Assembly: GCA_905178155.1 (NCBI GenBank)
Contig: CAJINV010000003.1
Location: forward strand, 3,777,600-3,841,599
Direction of reading: 5' to 3'
Length of the DNA: 64,000 nucleotides
Source of the DNA: Amoebophrya sp. A120
Lineage: Eukaryota > Protista > Dinoflagellata
Shown: in pieces, positions 35,264 through 46,859 of the stretch
Layout of the letters: every line of letters starts with the position of its first letter
How positions within the stretch are numbered: the stretch's first letter is position 1
Program-made: the position numbers and the translations under genes
Notes under the pieces: model-generated
The model's database searches: none
What the model saw: the letters and a program-made list of their open reading frames with translations, nothing else
Told to the model about the DNA's origin: nothing

Positions 35264-36053
35264 ATGGTGGCTAGCGCGGCCTCGACACGCGAGCCGCACT
35301 GGAGCGAGGTCGCGTTTTTTGTCTTGCCCATCAGGCTCACGGTGTTTGCAAACGCGCTGCTCACCCTGGTTTTCGGCGTCATATTGCTTTCCGCCCGACA
35401 TTCGTGGCACCTCTATTTCCTCGGTGGCGGGTACACCTACCAAGCCTCGACCGCCTTGGGCATCGAAAATTTCGTCGCCATCCTGGTTGGCCTACTGGGC
35501 ATCAACGCAGCATGGCGAAACCGTTCGGACTTCCACTTTACCTTCCTGCTCTTCGGTCTGTACCGTTTCGTCAACCTCTGCACGTGTGCCGTTCTGGACT
35601 TCTCGCTCATAGCAACCTGTGAAGAATGGATTACGGACATACAAGGACAGATTGATCAGCACGGCTTTTCGCAGACCATGTACTGATAGATATGCACCAC
35701 TGATGTCGCTGTTAGTTTTTAACATCTTTACTGTCGTAGTCCGATTTTTCAATGATAAAAATGATTTTTACAACTCTCGGCAAAGAACTGTTGCCCGACA
35801 GACACCAGATTTCTCGAGACTCCGAAAAACTTCCAGGTTTCGCATTTCTTTCGAGGGTCGGTGCGGAGAGGAGCGTCGGAACTACATGCTGGCGACCTAT
35901 TCCATGATCGTGTTGTACGCTTACCTGTTCTGGGTCTCTATCAAATACCACCGCGAGCTGCAAAGACGCCCGGATTACCTGTTCGAGAAAAGACCCGACG
36001 AGCTGGCATATTACACCCTGGGAAAAAACTTCCCGGTTGCTGCGCGAAGCTAG
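35264..36053 (+). CDS. Multi-pass membrane protein, paralog 3 (GT-AG intron ~35680-35836)
   Basis: LGGGYT and CEEWITDIQ shared with the 27161 gene. Confidence 0.7.
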
Positions 36054-36516
36054 CAATAGTAGGGACGACGGCGCAGGATCAGGAGTGCACTAGAGAAGAG
36101 CTGTTGTTTAGCTCTACTCTCAAGGAGGATGTGCTGACGGATTCATTGTGTAGTAGCAAGCTCCTTGCTCGACAAAAGAAAGCAAATTGGAACCATTTTT
36201 CAAACCGTAGGTGCGCTTGTTTTCTTTTCCAATTTCTGTTGTGGGTGACGCAGGAAGTTACGAAACCACTGAAAGACTTTGGAACCCCGGGCGGAACAAG
36301 TTGTGCACCGTCTGTTTTCGCGTGATTAGAGACAGCAAAAACCACTCAGGATCACGATTCTTTCTTCTCGTAGGTCAGAAGTTGAACAAATTTTAGGGTC
36401 CGCAGCTATGCCTAGTCGGTGATTCTCGAGAAAAATCTGCGGCGTGCGCAAGTATGTCCCCACCTCGATTTGTGTTTTCCAGTTTTGAGCAGAGGTTGAG
36501 GTTGTAATACACGAGG

Positions 36517-39500
36517 ATGTCGTCGTCTGGTGCGAACAGTGCAAATCTGCTTATGGAGCAGGTGGTCGCGGAATTGAAGGCTCAGCGGCGGGACGCAGCT
36601 GTGGCGGTGACGAGTTTGCGGCAACTGTTCCAGTCCTCCATCCTTTCGCTGAATAAAAACCATGATGTCGCTGCGACGCTGTTCTCTTCAAAGAATAGCA
36701 CTTCCTCCAGCAGCACGCAGCCTCACCAGCAGTCTTTCACGCTGGCGCAGCGCCGCCTGCTTACGGAGCTCTTTGCGCTTCTGTTGCAGCCGGACACCAG
36801 CATCGTTCCGCCAAGGGTGAGAATACTCGTTGCCGCACTGATTCGGGAATTTGCTGTGTCCGTGCGGCCGCAGTGCGTCACGGAAGCGTTGTGTTCCCCG
36901 CTATCCTATGCACAGCACTTGTTTCAGCCACCCCGTGTGGCGGGTGCCGGTTCAACTGCAGGTGGAGCCTCATCTCGTGGGAGCGGAGGCAAAGACCCTA
37001 ATTCGGCGGAGTCAGCGTTGGACCAGAGCGTGGATTCAACACGGACGCCGCGCAGTGAGCAGCCGATTCCGTCCTCCCCCAGCAGCACCGCGGCGGGCGC
37101 AGCGCAGTATTTTTCCGATTCATTTCCCAATCCTGTGGATGTGCTCGCAGCGGCCGCGCGGCGGGTGAAGCTGGAGAGGAGTACTAGCGAAGGTGGCGGT
37201 TGCGACGAACAGGACCACAGCGTCGGTGACAGCAACGCAGCGGCAACGCCCTCCTCGACGCGATCGCGAAATCCGGAATTCGCCCGCGGTTGGAACACGA
37301 TCCCCGGTGACACTGGGTACTACTGTCCCCCGATCGTGTCGTCAACGACGGTACTGAGCACTTGTTTGCCGGAGTTCTTCCTCAAACTGGCACTGGTTGA
37401 GCTGCGAGACCCGAAGGCCCGATACCCGCCAAACGCGGGTTTCGGTTTTGTGCGCCTGGAAAATGGTACGAAACATTCACATGGTTCCCGCGGTGGAAGG
37501 CGTACTAGCGGCCACTACCCAGGCGAGAAGGAAAAATCACCGGCCGATTCTCTAGCTTCCTCGAACGGGAGCAGCGGCAGTTCCGATACTGACTTATTCG
37601 GGCATGACATGACAAACGACAATGCAGCTCTGGCCCCGTCAGCGGACATCGGAAGTCCTCGCCGCGCTGCAGACGACGCTGCCCGAGATTCCTCTGGTGT
37701 TGTCAAAACCGCAGAAACAGACTCTCGCAGGAATTACAGTAAGCGGGCTCACTCTCCGAATGAGAATGACAGCACCCGGTTTGATGTGCTACAACCACTT
37801 GTGGAACAAGATGATCAACAACCGTACGAGGCTGTCGACGTGTTGAATCTGTATGTGCTGCGACCGTCCGGGGATGAGTGCGCCGACGTGAACATGGAAA
37901 ATTTGCTTGCGTGGTTTCTCGGTTTCCACCTGCTCGAGCGGCGCATGGAGCGCGCACCCCTGAGTCGGCGAGCGCAGTGGACGCGACTGCTGCTACGCGT
38001 GGCCGTGGCGGTGTTCGAAAAACTACGCAAGGATCGGGAGGAAACGCACCGCAAGTTCGAAGATCATCTAGAGAAGCTTCCGAGCAACTGGGTGGAGCAG
38101 CCGCAAACCTCGGCGCCGATCCTGCTGGCGTCAGGGCCTGCAAAAACAGGTAGGAACAAAGCCGACCCGGGCGGCGCAATATCCGGCGGTCCTCGAGGGA
38201 CCACATCGGAAAGAGCGCACAGGAGCGGCGCCTCTGCAGCGACGGCGTCCAGCGATGCGTCGTCGCGCAGCACGACGCCACGAAGTAGCACGACGGCGCG
38301 GTCGCGACACGGGAATACTAGGGGACGCGGTTTGTATGATCCGCACATGGCCGCGGTCGCGGCGACGCCCAATAACAGGCACAGTCAATCGATTGCCAAC
38401 ACACCTGGCAAAACTACGTCGATTGGAAGCACGACGCCGCCTGGTGCAACGCCCTCGAACAAACGAGTTACCGAAGCTTTGGGTCACCAGAGTAGTAGAT
38501 CACTACCAGAGCAGCAGTCCCCAGCCGACCCGGTAGAACAACAGCAGCTGGCAAACAAACTCTTTGAAAGCATGCTGTGCGAAGACAGTCCTCTGGCTAC
38601 GGTTTCCGAACTAGTGCAGGCAAGGGAGGCTGTGTCGGTTGCGTTGCGCTGCCACTCGTTGGTAGCACTGGTGCATCACCTGATATTATGCAGGGGGCGC
38701 TTGGCGTTTGCGCGAAAGTTGCTGAGTGTCGTATTTGGTATCTGACAGCGAGCTCGATTTTGTATATTAGCTTATCGCTCTCTGCTTTTAGTGTTAGCTT
38801 CTCTCTTTTCGGTCACTTTTGTGGATACAAAATCAAGTACTTAGACTGCTGCAGCTGCTTCAAACGCCGAAGTGGACCACTTGTATGTATCCGCCTATCT
38901 GCGGCGGCGGAGCCTGCGTTCCCGCCGATGCAGACCGTGCCTTGCGGGGACGGAGAAGACGAGGAACAGAACTTGCAAGATGCTGCGGAAGCTTTACAGC
39001 TAGTGAAATTCTGCAACTACGCAGGGGATGCGGCCGGGGTAAGTCAGAAGAACACTGCGGCGCAATCGGACCACGACGCCAGGCACAACAACTATTCTTC
39101 CACCGGAAAATCGGCGGAGCCCGGTACTAGGTTGGAACAGAACTACTGCGGTCCTCGAGAGCCATACAGCACAACGTACCTGATTCCCAATCCATTGCAG
39201 CACACGTGCAACAGCCTCTACCACATTGTTCTCTTTCCCATGGAGCAGTTTTTCTGTTACCTTCTGACCAGCACCAGTGTGAAGACGTCGTCAAAGGGGA
39301 AGAAAAAGCTCTGGAAGCGGCTGTTCGGCACTAACAGCGAGCACCGGCAAGTCACCGAGGTGGACGGGCAGTTTTCGTCGCCGGGAGATAACTTCACGAT
39401 TTTAAACCTGTCGCTCGAATATACGGATGACCAGGTGCTGCACGTCGCGGTTTTTTCCACGCTCTACCACTACCTGTACCACGTATACTTTCTCGGCGTC

Positions 39501-42500
39501 TGTGCCAGACTGGGCGGCGCGACGTCGGAGGTTATTGCGAAGAACGGAGCAACAAGATCAGCGAGTACGAGCAAGGAAAGGTTTTCGGGGCGTCGTGGGG
39601 AGAACCACGACGATGTCGCAAGAACGTTCGACGCGTCTTCGTCTGTCAACCAAGGCACTAGCGTCTCAGCTGACGAACCGCCACTCTTCTACCGAACAAG
39701 CCAGCGCGCCACTGCCTCCGCGGCCTCGAGCTCTAGCGGCTCCTCCGGGCCGCGCTTGCGAGGCGGACAACAGGTTCCGAGCTTTCAGACTCCACGAAGA
39801 GTTCTCGAGCCGTTTTCCACGGAGGAGGGGGATGGTAACGACAAAGATAGTACCCTCTTCCCAATGCACCCGTACTTTCGAAACGTGATTATAGCCTACT
39901 GCCACCGTGTGTTAGCTCAGAGTGAACGCGAAGCCTGCGTGAGTAGCAGCAACAATGGCAGCGGGCGCGGGGTCGATGAAAGTGCAAAGGATGCGTGGCC
40001 AAAGAGTGTCGCGTACGCGTGGCAAAGCCAGATGATAGAAGCCAGCGCGGTGGAGGCCGTGCGGATTCTCGATTTGCTTTGCATCATGGATTCGTCGCTC
40101 GTGTCTGCGATTTTCCCGGCGGTGAAGCGTGTCTACGAGCGGCAGTGTTGCGCTTCGACAAGCTCCTCCACGAGCAGCGCCTCCTCGACCCGCTCTGCCT
40201 TCATGGGTGTTGCGAGTGCGAGTGTCGATCACCCAGCCGGACCGCCGGGGCATCACGCAGATCTTGGCGCGTACGACGCGTCGGTCGCTTCGGGGAAGCA
40301 GCGCGGGTGTCACGGCGCCGCGCTGGGCGATCCCGCCGGAGTAGGGGCGACGGCCCGCGGCCGCGGCAGCGGGATTTTGTTCTGCACGGTGCTGCAGTTT
40401 CTGCTCAACCACGGACACCACGTGATCTTTGACATGGATCCGGTTTTGTCGCACTTTTTTCTGTCGCAGACCAGGAAATCGGCTTTGCTGGCCATGAACA
40501 CGGTTTTGTTTCTGATTCAAAACCGCGACACGTTGCTGAAGCACTACCCCTCCGTGTTCCAGAAATACTACCCGGTTTTGCTGCAATTGGTCGTTCTGCA
40601 TCCGCGAATCGTGTCGCAAGAGATCCTGAGTCTTTTGCCGGCGATGGTCGGGCCACTCTCCCTGCAAGGATTGTTTCACCAAATTCTGGACCTACCTCTG
40701 ACGGCCGCATTCGTGGAGGACCCCTTTCTATCTACGTGCAACGTGAGTACCTACTTCGGGCGGGCCAGCAGCGCAGCGTACCACCCGGGTCTGCTGTCCT
40801 CTTCGGGAAGTGGGGCTGGATCCGCGGGCCCGCACAACTCCGCGTTTGCGTACAACCTAGGTGCGGGGAGTGGTGGCGCCAGTGGCGGAATAGCATCGCA
40901 CAAGCACGGTGGCGGCGCCGGAGCGAAGGCATCCGGACTGCATCCGGGAGGGCTTGGGGCCAACGGCGCCGGAGGCGCGGCACGACGAAATCGGGGGCCT
41001 GGGACGCGTGACGACTTTGGAAAGGATCAACATCATGGGGGGAGGCCTCGATCACCACCCGGGCGCGGCGGTCTCGAACACGAGGGCGGCAGCGCTCGGT
41101 CGCGCAGTCCCCCGCACAAGCGCGCCGCGCGGGACCAGGCCGCGAATCTGTACTGGGTGGCGCAGATGCAGAAGTATTGCCTCCGGAGTCAAGCTACGGA
41201 CGACACATTTTTGTGGCACCAAGCCGCGACGAGGAGCGACCAAGACATTGGGCGGACCCCGCGGGACCAGCACGAGGAACGGATTGCGGAGGAACGCGAC
41301 GCCTACGTGGATTTTCTGTGGCAGCGACTCCCGATCACGCCGCGCGTTAGCAGCATTTGTAAGCTGGTGCCGCGGTTTTTGAGTCTGTTCTTCGAAGTGG
41401 TGTTGAACCATACCACGACTGAGACCGTGCGCGCACTGATTCCGTTGCTTGTGCACCGGTTCAGCCGGGGTCTGTGTCCCGTAGATTTCTTCCAGGAGAA
41501 AGTGCACTCCATTCTCATCGAGAACCTGCACAAAGTTTTCTTCTCCTCCGCATCGGCTGAAGATGTGGTGGACGCGCATGTCGTGCGCGCGATCCAGACC
41601 GGGGTCAACGCCTTTCAACTCTACGTGCCTGGCGCACCGACGCAACCGCTGCTGCTTCCACCTGTGCGGCCGCTCGCAACAAGCTCGAGAATCGGAATAA
41701 GGTCAGACTCGGTGGGACTGGCTTCCGGTATTAAGCCGATACAATCCGCGCGATCAGACCGGTCCTTTGCAAGCAGCGCCTCTAGGGGGATGCACAACTA
41801 TTCAGGGTCTAGTGACTCTACTTCTCGAGCCGCGGCTTACGCGGCTTCCTTTTTGCACTTAGACGGGCACACGCAGGCCGAACTGCTGCATTGGTTTCCG
41901 AACATCTCACCCCAGACCGTGCCGTGGCCACTGCTGACGGGGAATCCGGAAGGCCCGAGAAAGGCCGACACTTGCCATCTGAAATTGGTCGTTCACCTGT
42001 GCCACTTGGTGGGCGAGCTCGCTACGGACGATTGCAGCGGCAGCGACGCGGATGAGCCTTCTTCGCCATTGAATTCGGTTTCTGAAGGATTCTTTCAGAC
42101 CGGCATTTTTGAAGCGCTAGTGCATTTGTTCCTCGCGGCGTGCATGCGGCTGGAGCTTTCGTGCTTCGCGGTGGTGGAAAATCTCGCAGAGTACCAAAGC
42201 CTGGATGTAGGCGGTGCACTGTTTTTCAACAGTACTACGGCAAATAATCATCTTCACGCGGGGGCTGACAACTTCAACATGCCACACCACATGAGCGGCA
42301 GCGCCGACCAATACCACCACCAGCATGGGTCCTCAGCTTTCGGGGCCGAGCATCAGGCCTCGGTCGGTCATTACGATGACGGATCCTACACTGCTGGCGC
42401 TGGAGGTGGGCGGAACGCTTCTAGTCACCATCTTCCTTCAGGCGGTTACAATCATCAGCACGATCACCACGCTAATCGGGAACAAGGCGATCCGAGTTTG

Positions 42501-43209
42501 AAACTGCGGATTCCGTCCGAGGACGAAGTGATACGCCACGATCCGCATCTGGCAATCCGGCACGACCACTTCTCCCCGCCGCAGCGCGTCAACGACGCGT
42601 TTTCTCCACGGCATCACGCCCGCGGGCAGGGCAGCGGGAACTTCTACAATTCGCAGCACCCTTCGCGCAGTCGGTCGCACGTGCGGTCCGCGGAATTTCA
42701 GGTCATGGAGGAAAACGAATTACTGCAGGCCTGCTTCACGTGCAGCCGAACGCTGGCAGTGCTGATCACGGCCTTGCTGAAAATTTGTCTGGTGAAAACA
42801 AATGAACGGAGTCCCGTGGTGCTGGCTTGCTTCTCGAAACTGTTGCGCGTTTTGTCGTGTCGCAAGCGTCACCATCTGCTGGCTGCAGGGTATGGATCTA
42901 TGATGGAATTTTTTTCTTTCGTATGGAATGCGTCTCTCTGGATGTTAACGCCAATCACTTATGTGTTGATCATGGAAACAGTGGAGTTGACAAGCGATGT
43001 CTTCTACTCTGAACGAAAACAGGAGCGACAGTGGGTCCTTGCTGTCTCACTTGGAGAGTCGGTTACTTGATGCTTTGGAGCTGCTCCGGAACCAGCCAAC
43101 TCTTGGACACGTGATCTTCAATAAGCGGGTGCGGAACTCTTTGGCGCATACGGCGCACGGCCACAACCACGTGCCAAGCAATTACGCGCTCCACCCTTTC
43201 TGTTTGTAA
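36517..43209 (+). CDS. AP5Z1: AP-5 complex subunit zeta-1 (SPG48) homolog, greatly expanded; introns near 38738-38854 and 42890-43022
   Basis: VTEVDG..FTILN..YTDDQVLHVAVFSTL, VEAVRILDLLC..D, LQFLLNHG, LLPAMV..HQILDLPLTA and C-terminal LELLRNQP match my recollection of conserved AP5Z1 blocks. Confidence 0.8.
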
Positions 43210-43397
43210 ATGCACTAGCTCGACGCAGGACGACGAGAGAGATTTTTACATGCACATGCACATGAAGAATTTTGCAAACCAGATCGGCGATCAATTTCAT
43301 GATTGCGATTTTCGAAGAAATGCGAATGACTGCACCATCAAGTAAGCCTACCGAGCAGCCCACTAGTGCTAGTTGTGGGTTCGCCTAATATGCAGTG

Positions 43398-43458
43398 GAA
43401 TTGTCTTCAATGGATTTTGCGTTACTTTCGTTTGAATTGTCTTCGATGGATTTTGCGT
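43398..43458. repeat. Short direct repeat (25 bp x2, period 36)
   Basis: GAATTGTCTTC(A/G)ATGGATTTTGCGT at 43398 and 43434. Confidence 0.7.
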
Positions 43459-43644
43459 CCAAACGGATGACTGTGTGCTTCTTTTCGGTGGAACGAGGAG
43501 CGGATACTACATCATCCACGAGTCGTGTTTTGAGATCGTAAATGTGTTTGCAATTTTTTCGCCGTAGCTCGCAGAGAGAGAAACAGAAACACGTCAAACG
43601 AGTGGCTGTCGGAGGAGCGAGTTTGAACAGTCGAGAAAAAGAAC

Positions 43645-44463
43645 ATGACGACGCCGCATTTGAAGGTCCTGTTCGTGGGACCGGAGGGCGCGGGAAAGAC
43701 GTGGCTCGCCAACCATTTGTGCGACATGCAGAGTGCGGGTTCGAGTTTGCCACCGACTTTGGGCGTACGCGTACTGGAATACGACGACTCACACGTGCTG
43801 GCTCAGGCCGGCGGAGGTGGGGCGCAAAATTACGACGACAGCGCGCAGCTCTGGGACGTCAGCTCCAAGTTGCCAGATAAGTGCTTCACGGCCCTGAAGC
43901 GCGACATCAGCGGGGTTGTGTACGTCTACAATCCGGAGATAGCGACGCACACAGAACAGCTGGAATACTGGTACGACTCCTTCGGGCCAAGAGCACTAGG
44001 TTTGCCGCCACAGTGCTTCCTGATTTGCCAGGTAAAAGAGTCTGTGGTTTCTGTTTCGTTTTCGTTGATGGTGAGCAAGGAGTTCATGATATTCTTTCGC
44101 AGCAACTTTTCCTAGGTAGATCTACATGTGACGACACTGCAACTTCTACACTCAGATGCTAAAGAGCAACAACATGCGAGACTACGTCGTTCCGCAGAAG
44201 ATATCATTCGCGAGCATACAGCAGCCACTTACCATGACCTGGGAGAACGCAGCAGCGAAGGTACTTGCTTGTTTTTTGTGTTTTTTTTTCGCATGAGAGT
44301 TTACTTCCCCTTCAGAGCCAGTGCATTTGCAAAAAGACATCGGGTTGCATTTTTCACAACACTACAGATGAAGCCGACTTTCGACAAGTACCTTGCAAAG
44401 GTGTACAGGACAGTGCAGGAGAGGCAAAGACAAGAAGAAGAGGACGTGATGAAGATGGGATAA
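43645..44463 (+). CDS. IFT22: Intraflagellar transport protein 22 (RABL5); two GT-AG introns
   Basis: LKVLFVGPEGAGKTWLAN, PTLGVRVLEY, QLWDVS, GVVYVYNP, C-terminal ERQRQEEE. Confidence 0.88.
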
Positions 44464-44900
44464 CTTTCGGCGCCTGTATGTGGTTACACACTGGCCTTTT
44501 TCTCTCGCTCGCTTCAACGATTACGTGGGACTGCCTCGTCTGCGGTTTGTTGGCGACTACACTTCCGATCCAAATGACATCCGTGTTCTGCAGCAGGAGC
44601 ACGGTAGGAAGTCGATCAGTTTTTCATGCAATTCAAGTTCAGAAGGTCAAGGTTGTCCACGACAGAAAAATCTGAGAATGTGTACGAGGACCCTAGGAAA
44701 GTGTTTTTCCTGATCTGGTGCTGAAGCCTCTTCATTTGGATGGGACAGTTTCGAACCTTATAAGTACTTAACTTTAATATGCCGATTACGATTTTAAACC
44801 ATGACGATTTTCCTTCTGATTTTGAAAATTTTCAAATCCAACCCGTATTTCGATTTTTCCTGTTTTAAATACCTCTTCGCTTCTATAGCGTTCAACAAAA

Positions 44901-46250
44901 ATGACGCTTACACCATCCTCTCCTGAGACTGTGGTAAAGAAGGCCGACTGGGCCAGCCGGCTGGCGTCGCCTACCGGAATTGCCACGTCTTTGGGTCTTT
45001 TGCTGTGCGTGACTACGACGCAATACTTCTTCGACCCACCGCAGCTCAACACCGAAGCGGCACAGGCGCGGTTCATTGCGATCCAGGGCGATCAGCAGGA
45101 GGAGAAGAAATTTCTGAATTACTGGGGCACGCCCGACGCGGAATTCGACTGGTGCGAGGCGAATTACGTCTCCACGCTTTCAGTACCGAGACTGTGGTCC
45201 TCCTCCGACGAAACCACCTCTGATAGCGCATGGATCGAGGTTCCGGTGGCTGAATCGTGGAACACGGTCACGTCGGTTCTGTACCTCTTCCCAGTGGTTG
45301 TGCCGTTTTGGAATTATTTCCGCCTTCTGCAGATGAAGTCCGCAAGCGGGGACGCGAATTCATCCAGCAGCTATTCTTACTCGCCGGCAGCGGTGCGCGC
45401 ATTGGTGTTTCTGTTTTGCATCATGATTGGCACCACGCTGTTCCACATGACCTTGCGGTACTGGGCGCAATTGGTCGACGAGCTGCCGATTTACTACATC
45501 ATGCTCAACGGCAATTTCGCAGTGTGGAACTGCAGACGAAAACTTTCACGAAGCGGGAACAAGGCAAAACTGCCTTCAAAAAATCCAGATCGTGTGAGTT
45601 GGGCCCTGGCACGGTTCACGGTTTGCTGGGGCTTGGGCCTGAGCATGGGCATACTGACCACCTTGAGCCCGGAGCGGAAACAACTGCATCAGGTGCTGCG
45701 GGGCCTCATGTCGACCAGCTTCAGCATTCTGTTCGTTCACGAGTTCTACGCCTTCGCCCGTGTTTTCCAGGCGCTTGACCAAGCGACGGGGGAAAAAATG
45801 GCAGCGAGGAAATTTCGAAAATCCTTTGTGGACGCAAGGAGCATGTTTCACCTGGCGTTTTTGGAACTCCTTCTCGCGATTCTCTGCTGGGTCGTGGACA
45901 ACGGCTTCTGCTCGGCGCTGCGCACGCGGCTGCCTTTTTACCCGCAGACGCACGCGTGGTGGCACTTCTGGACGGTGGTAGGCTTGTATCACATGTTTCT
46001 CGTCACGGAAATCGTCGAGCAGCTGGCGGTCGCGGTGCCGGAGGTGGAGGCGCGAGTGGGAGGAGAGCGAGATGAAGTGTGCACGCAAGCAGATTCGTCT
46101 GAGGGGGAAAAGAAGGGCGCTGGTCGCACCGGACCTTTTCCGGAATTGCCGCACGTGGGGACCGTGTGTGGCGGCTGGGTACATATTCTGGTTTTCGACG
46201 AGCCGTGTGAAGATTCCGAGAATTCACCAGCGGAAAAAAAGCAAAATTGA
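44901..46250 (+). CDS. ACER3: Alkaline ceramidase (ACER3/YPC1-like, CREST superfamily)
   Basis: YWG...DWCEANY, AESWNTVTS, FHMTLRYWAQLVDELP, HAWWHFWT. Confidence 0.9.
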   Translation: MTLTPSSPETVVKKADWASRLASPTGIATSLGLLLCVTTTQYFFDPPQLNTEAAQARFIAIQGDQQEEKKFLNYWGTPDAEFDWCEANYVSTLSVPRLWSSSDETTSDSAWIEVPVAESWNTVTSVLYLFPVVVPFWNYFRLLQMKSASGDANSSSSYSYSPAAVRALVFLFCIMIGTTLFHMTLRYWAQLVDELPIYYIMLNGNFAVWNCRRKLSRSGNKAKLPSKNPDRVSWALARFTVCWGLGLSMGILTTLSPERKQLHQVLRGLMSTSFSILFVHEFYAFARVFQALDQATGEKMAARKFRKSFVDARSMFHLAFLELLLAILCWVVDNGFCSALRTRLPFYPQTHAWWHFWTVVGLYHMFLVTEIVEQLAVAVPEVEARVGGERDEVCTQADSSEGEKKGAGRTGPFPELPHVGTVCGGWVHILVFDEPCEDSENSPAEKKQN

Positions 46251-46859
46251 ACTACAAAAATTGCTAGTTCAGTTAGTCATTGTTCTGGCCTTGATGGAGG
46301 TAGCTACTTATCGCAAAAACTACTACGAGCGGACTATGGAATCGGCAACTGTAGCAGTATCTGCTGCGATTTGGTCTGCGCCTGTGTTCCGAAGGAACTG
46401 GTATTTCTGTATTTGCTACAAACTTCGAAAGACAATTTCGTCGATCGTAGACTCGTCAGACCTTGCAATGTGATCGTAGAAGTTGCAGTGCCATTGGAAA
46501 TAATGCACTCAGGATTGATTCTTTTTCTTGATCATATTCGTCAATTGACGCTCGAACTCGGTAATCCAGCTGGGGCTCGTGGCAGCAGATTCGTCGTGGC
46601 TGAATCGTTTGGGACGTCGTGGCCATTATTCGCTGTAAAACAACTTGCGTTCTTTGTTTCAGAAGTGAAGATACCAGTATAGAGTCGTATCTAGTAGATT
46701 TCGTTGGCAGCGCGTGGGCATTTTCCGCCGGCGAGTACATCAAGGTAGAGTAAGTACCTTCGACGACTGGAACCCACTTCACATCCACGTAGCCTTTTTG
46801 TTCATTCGAGCAAAAATAACTCCACAAGTGAACGAAAAAAGCAACAGGTTGCGAACATC

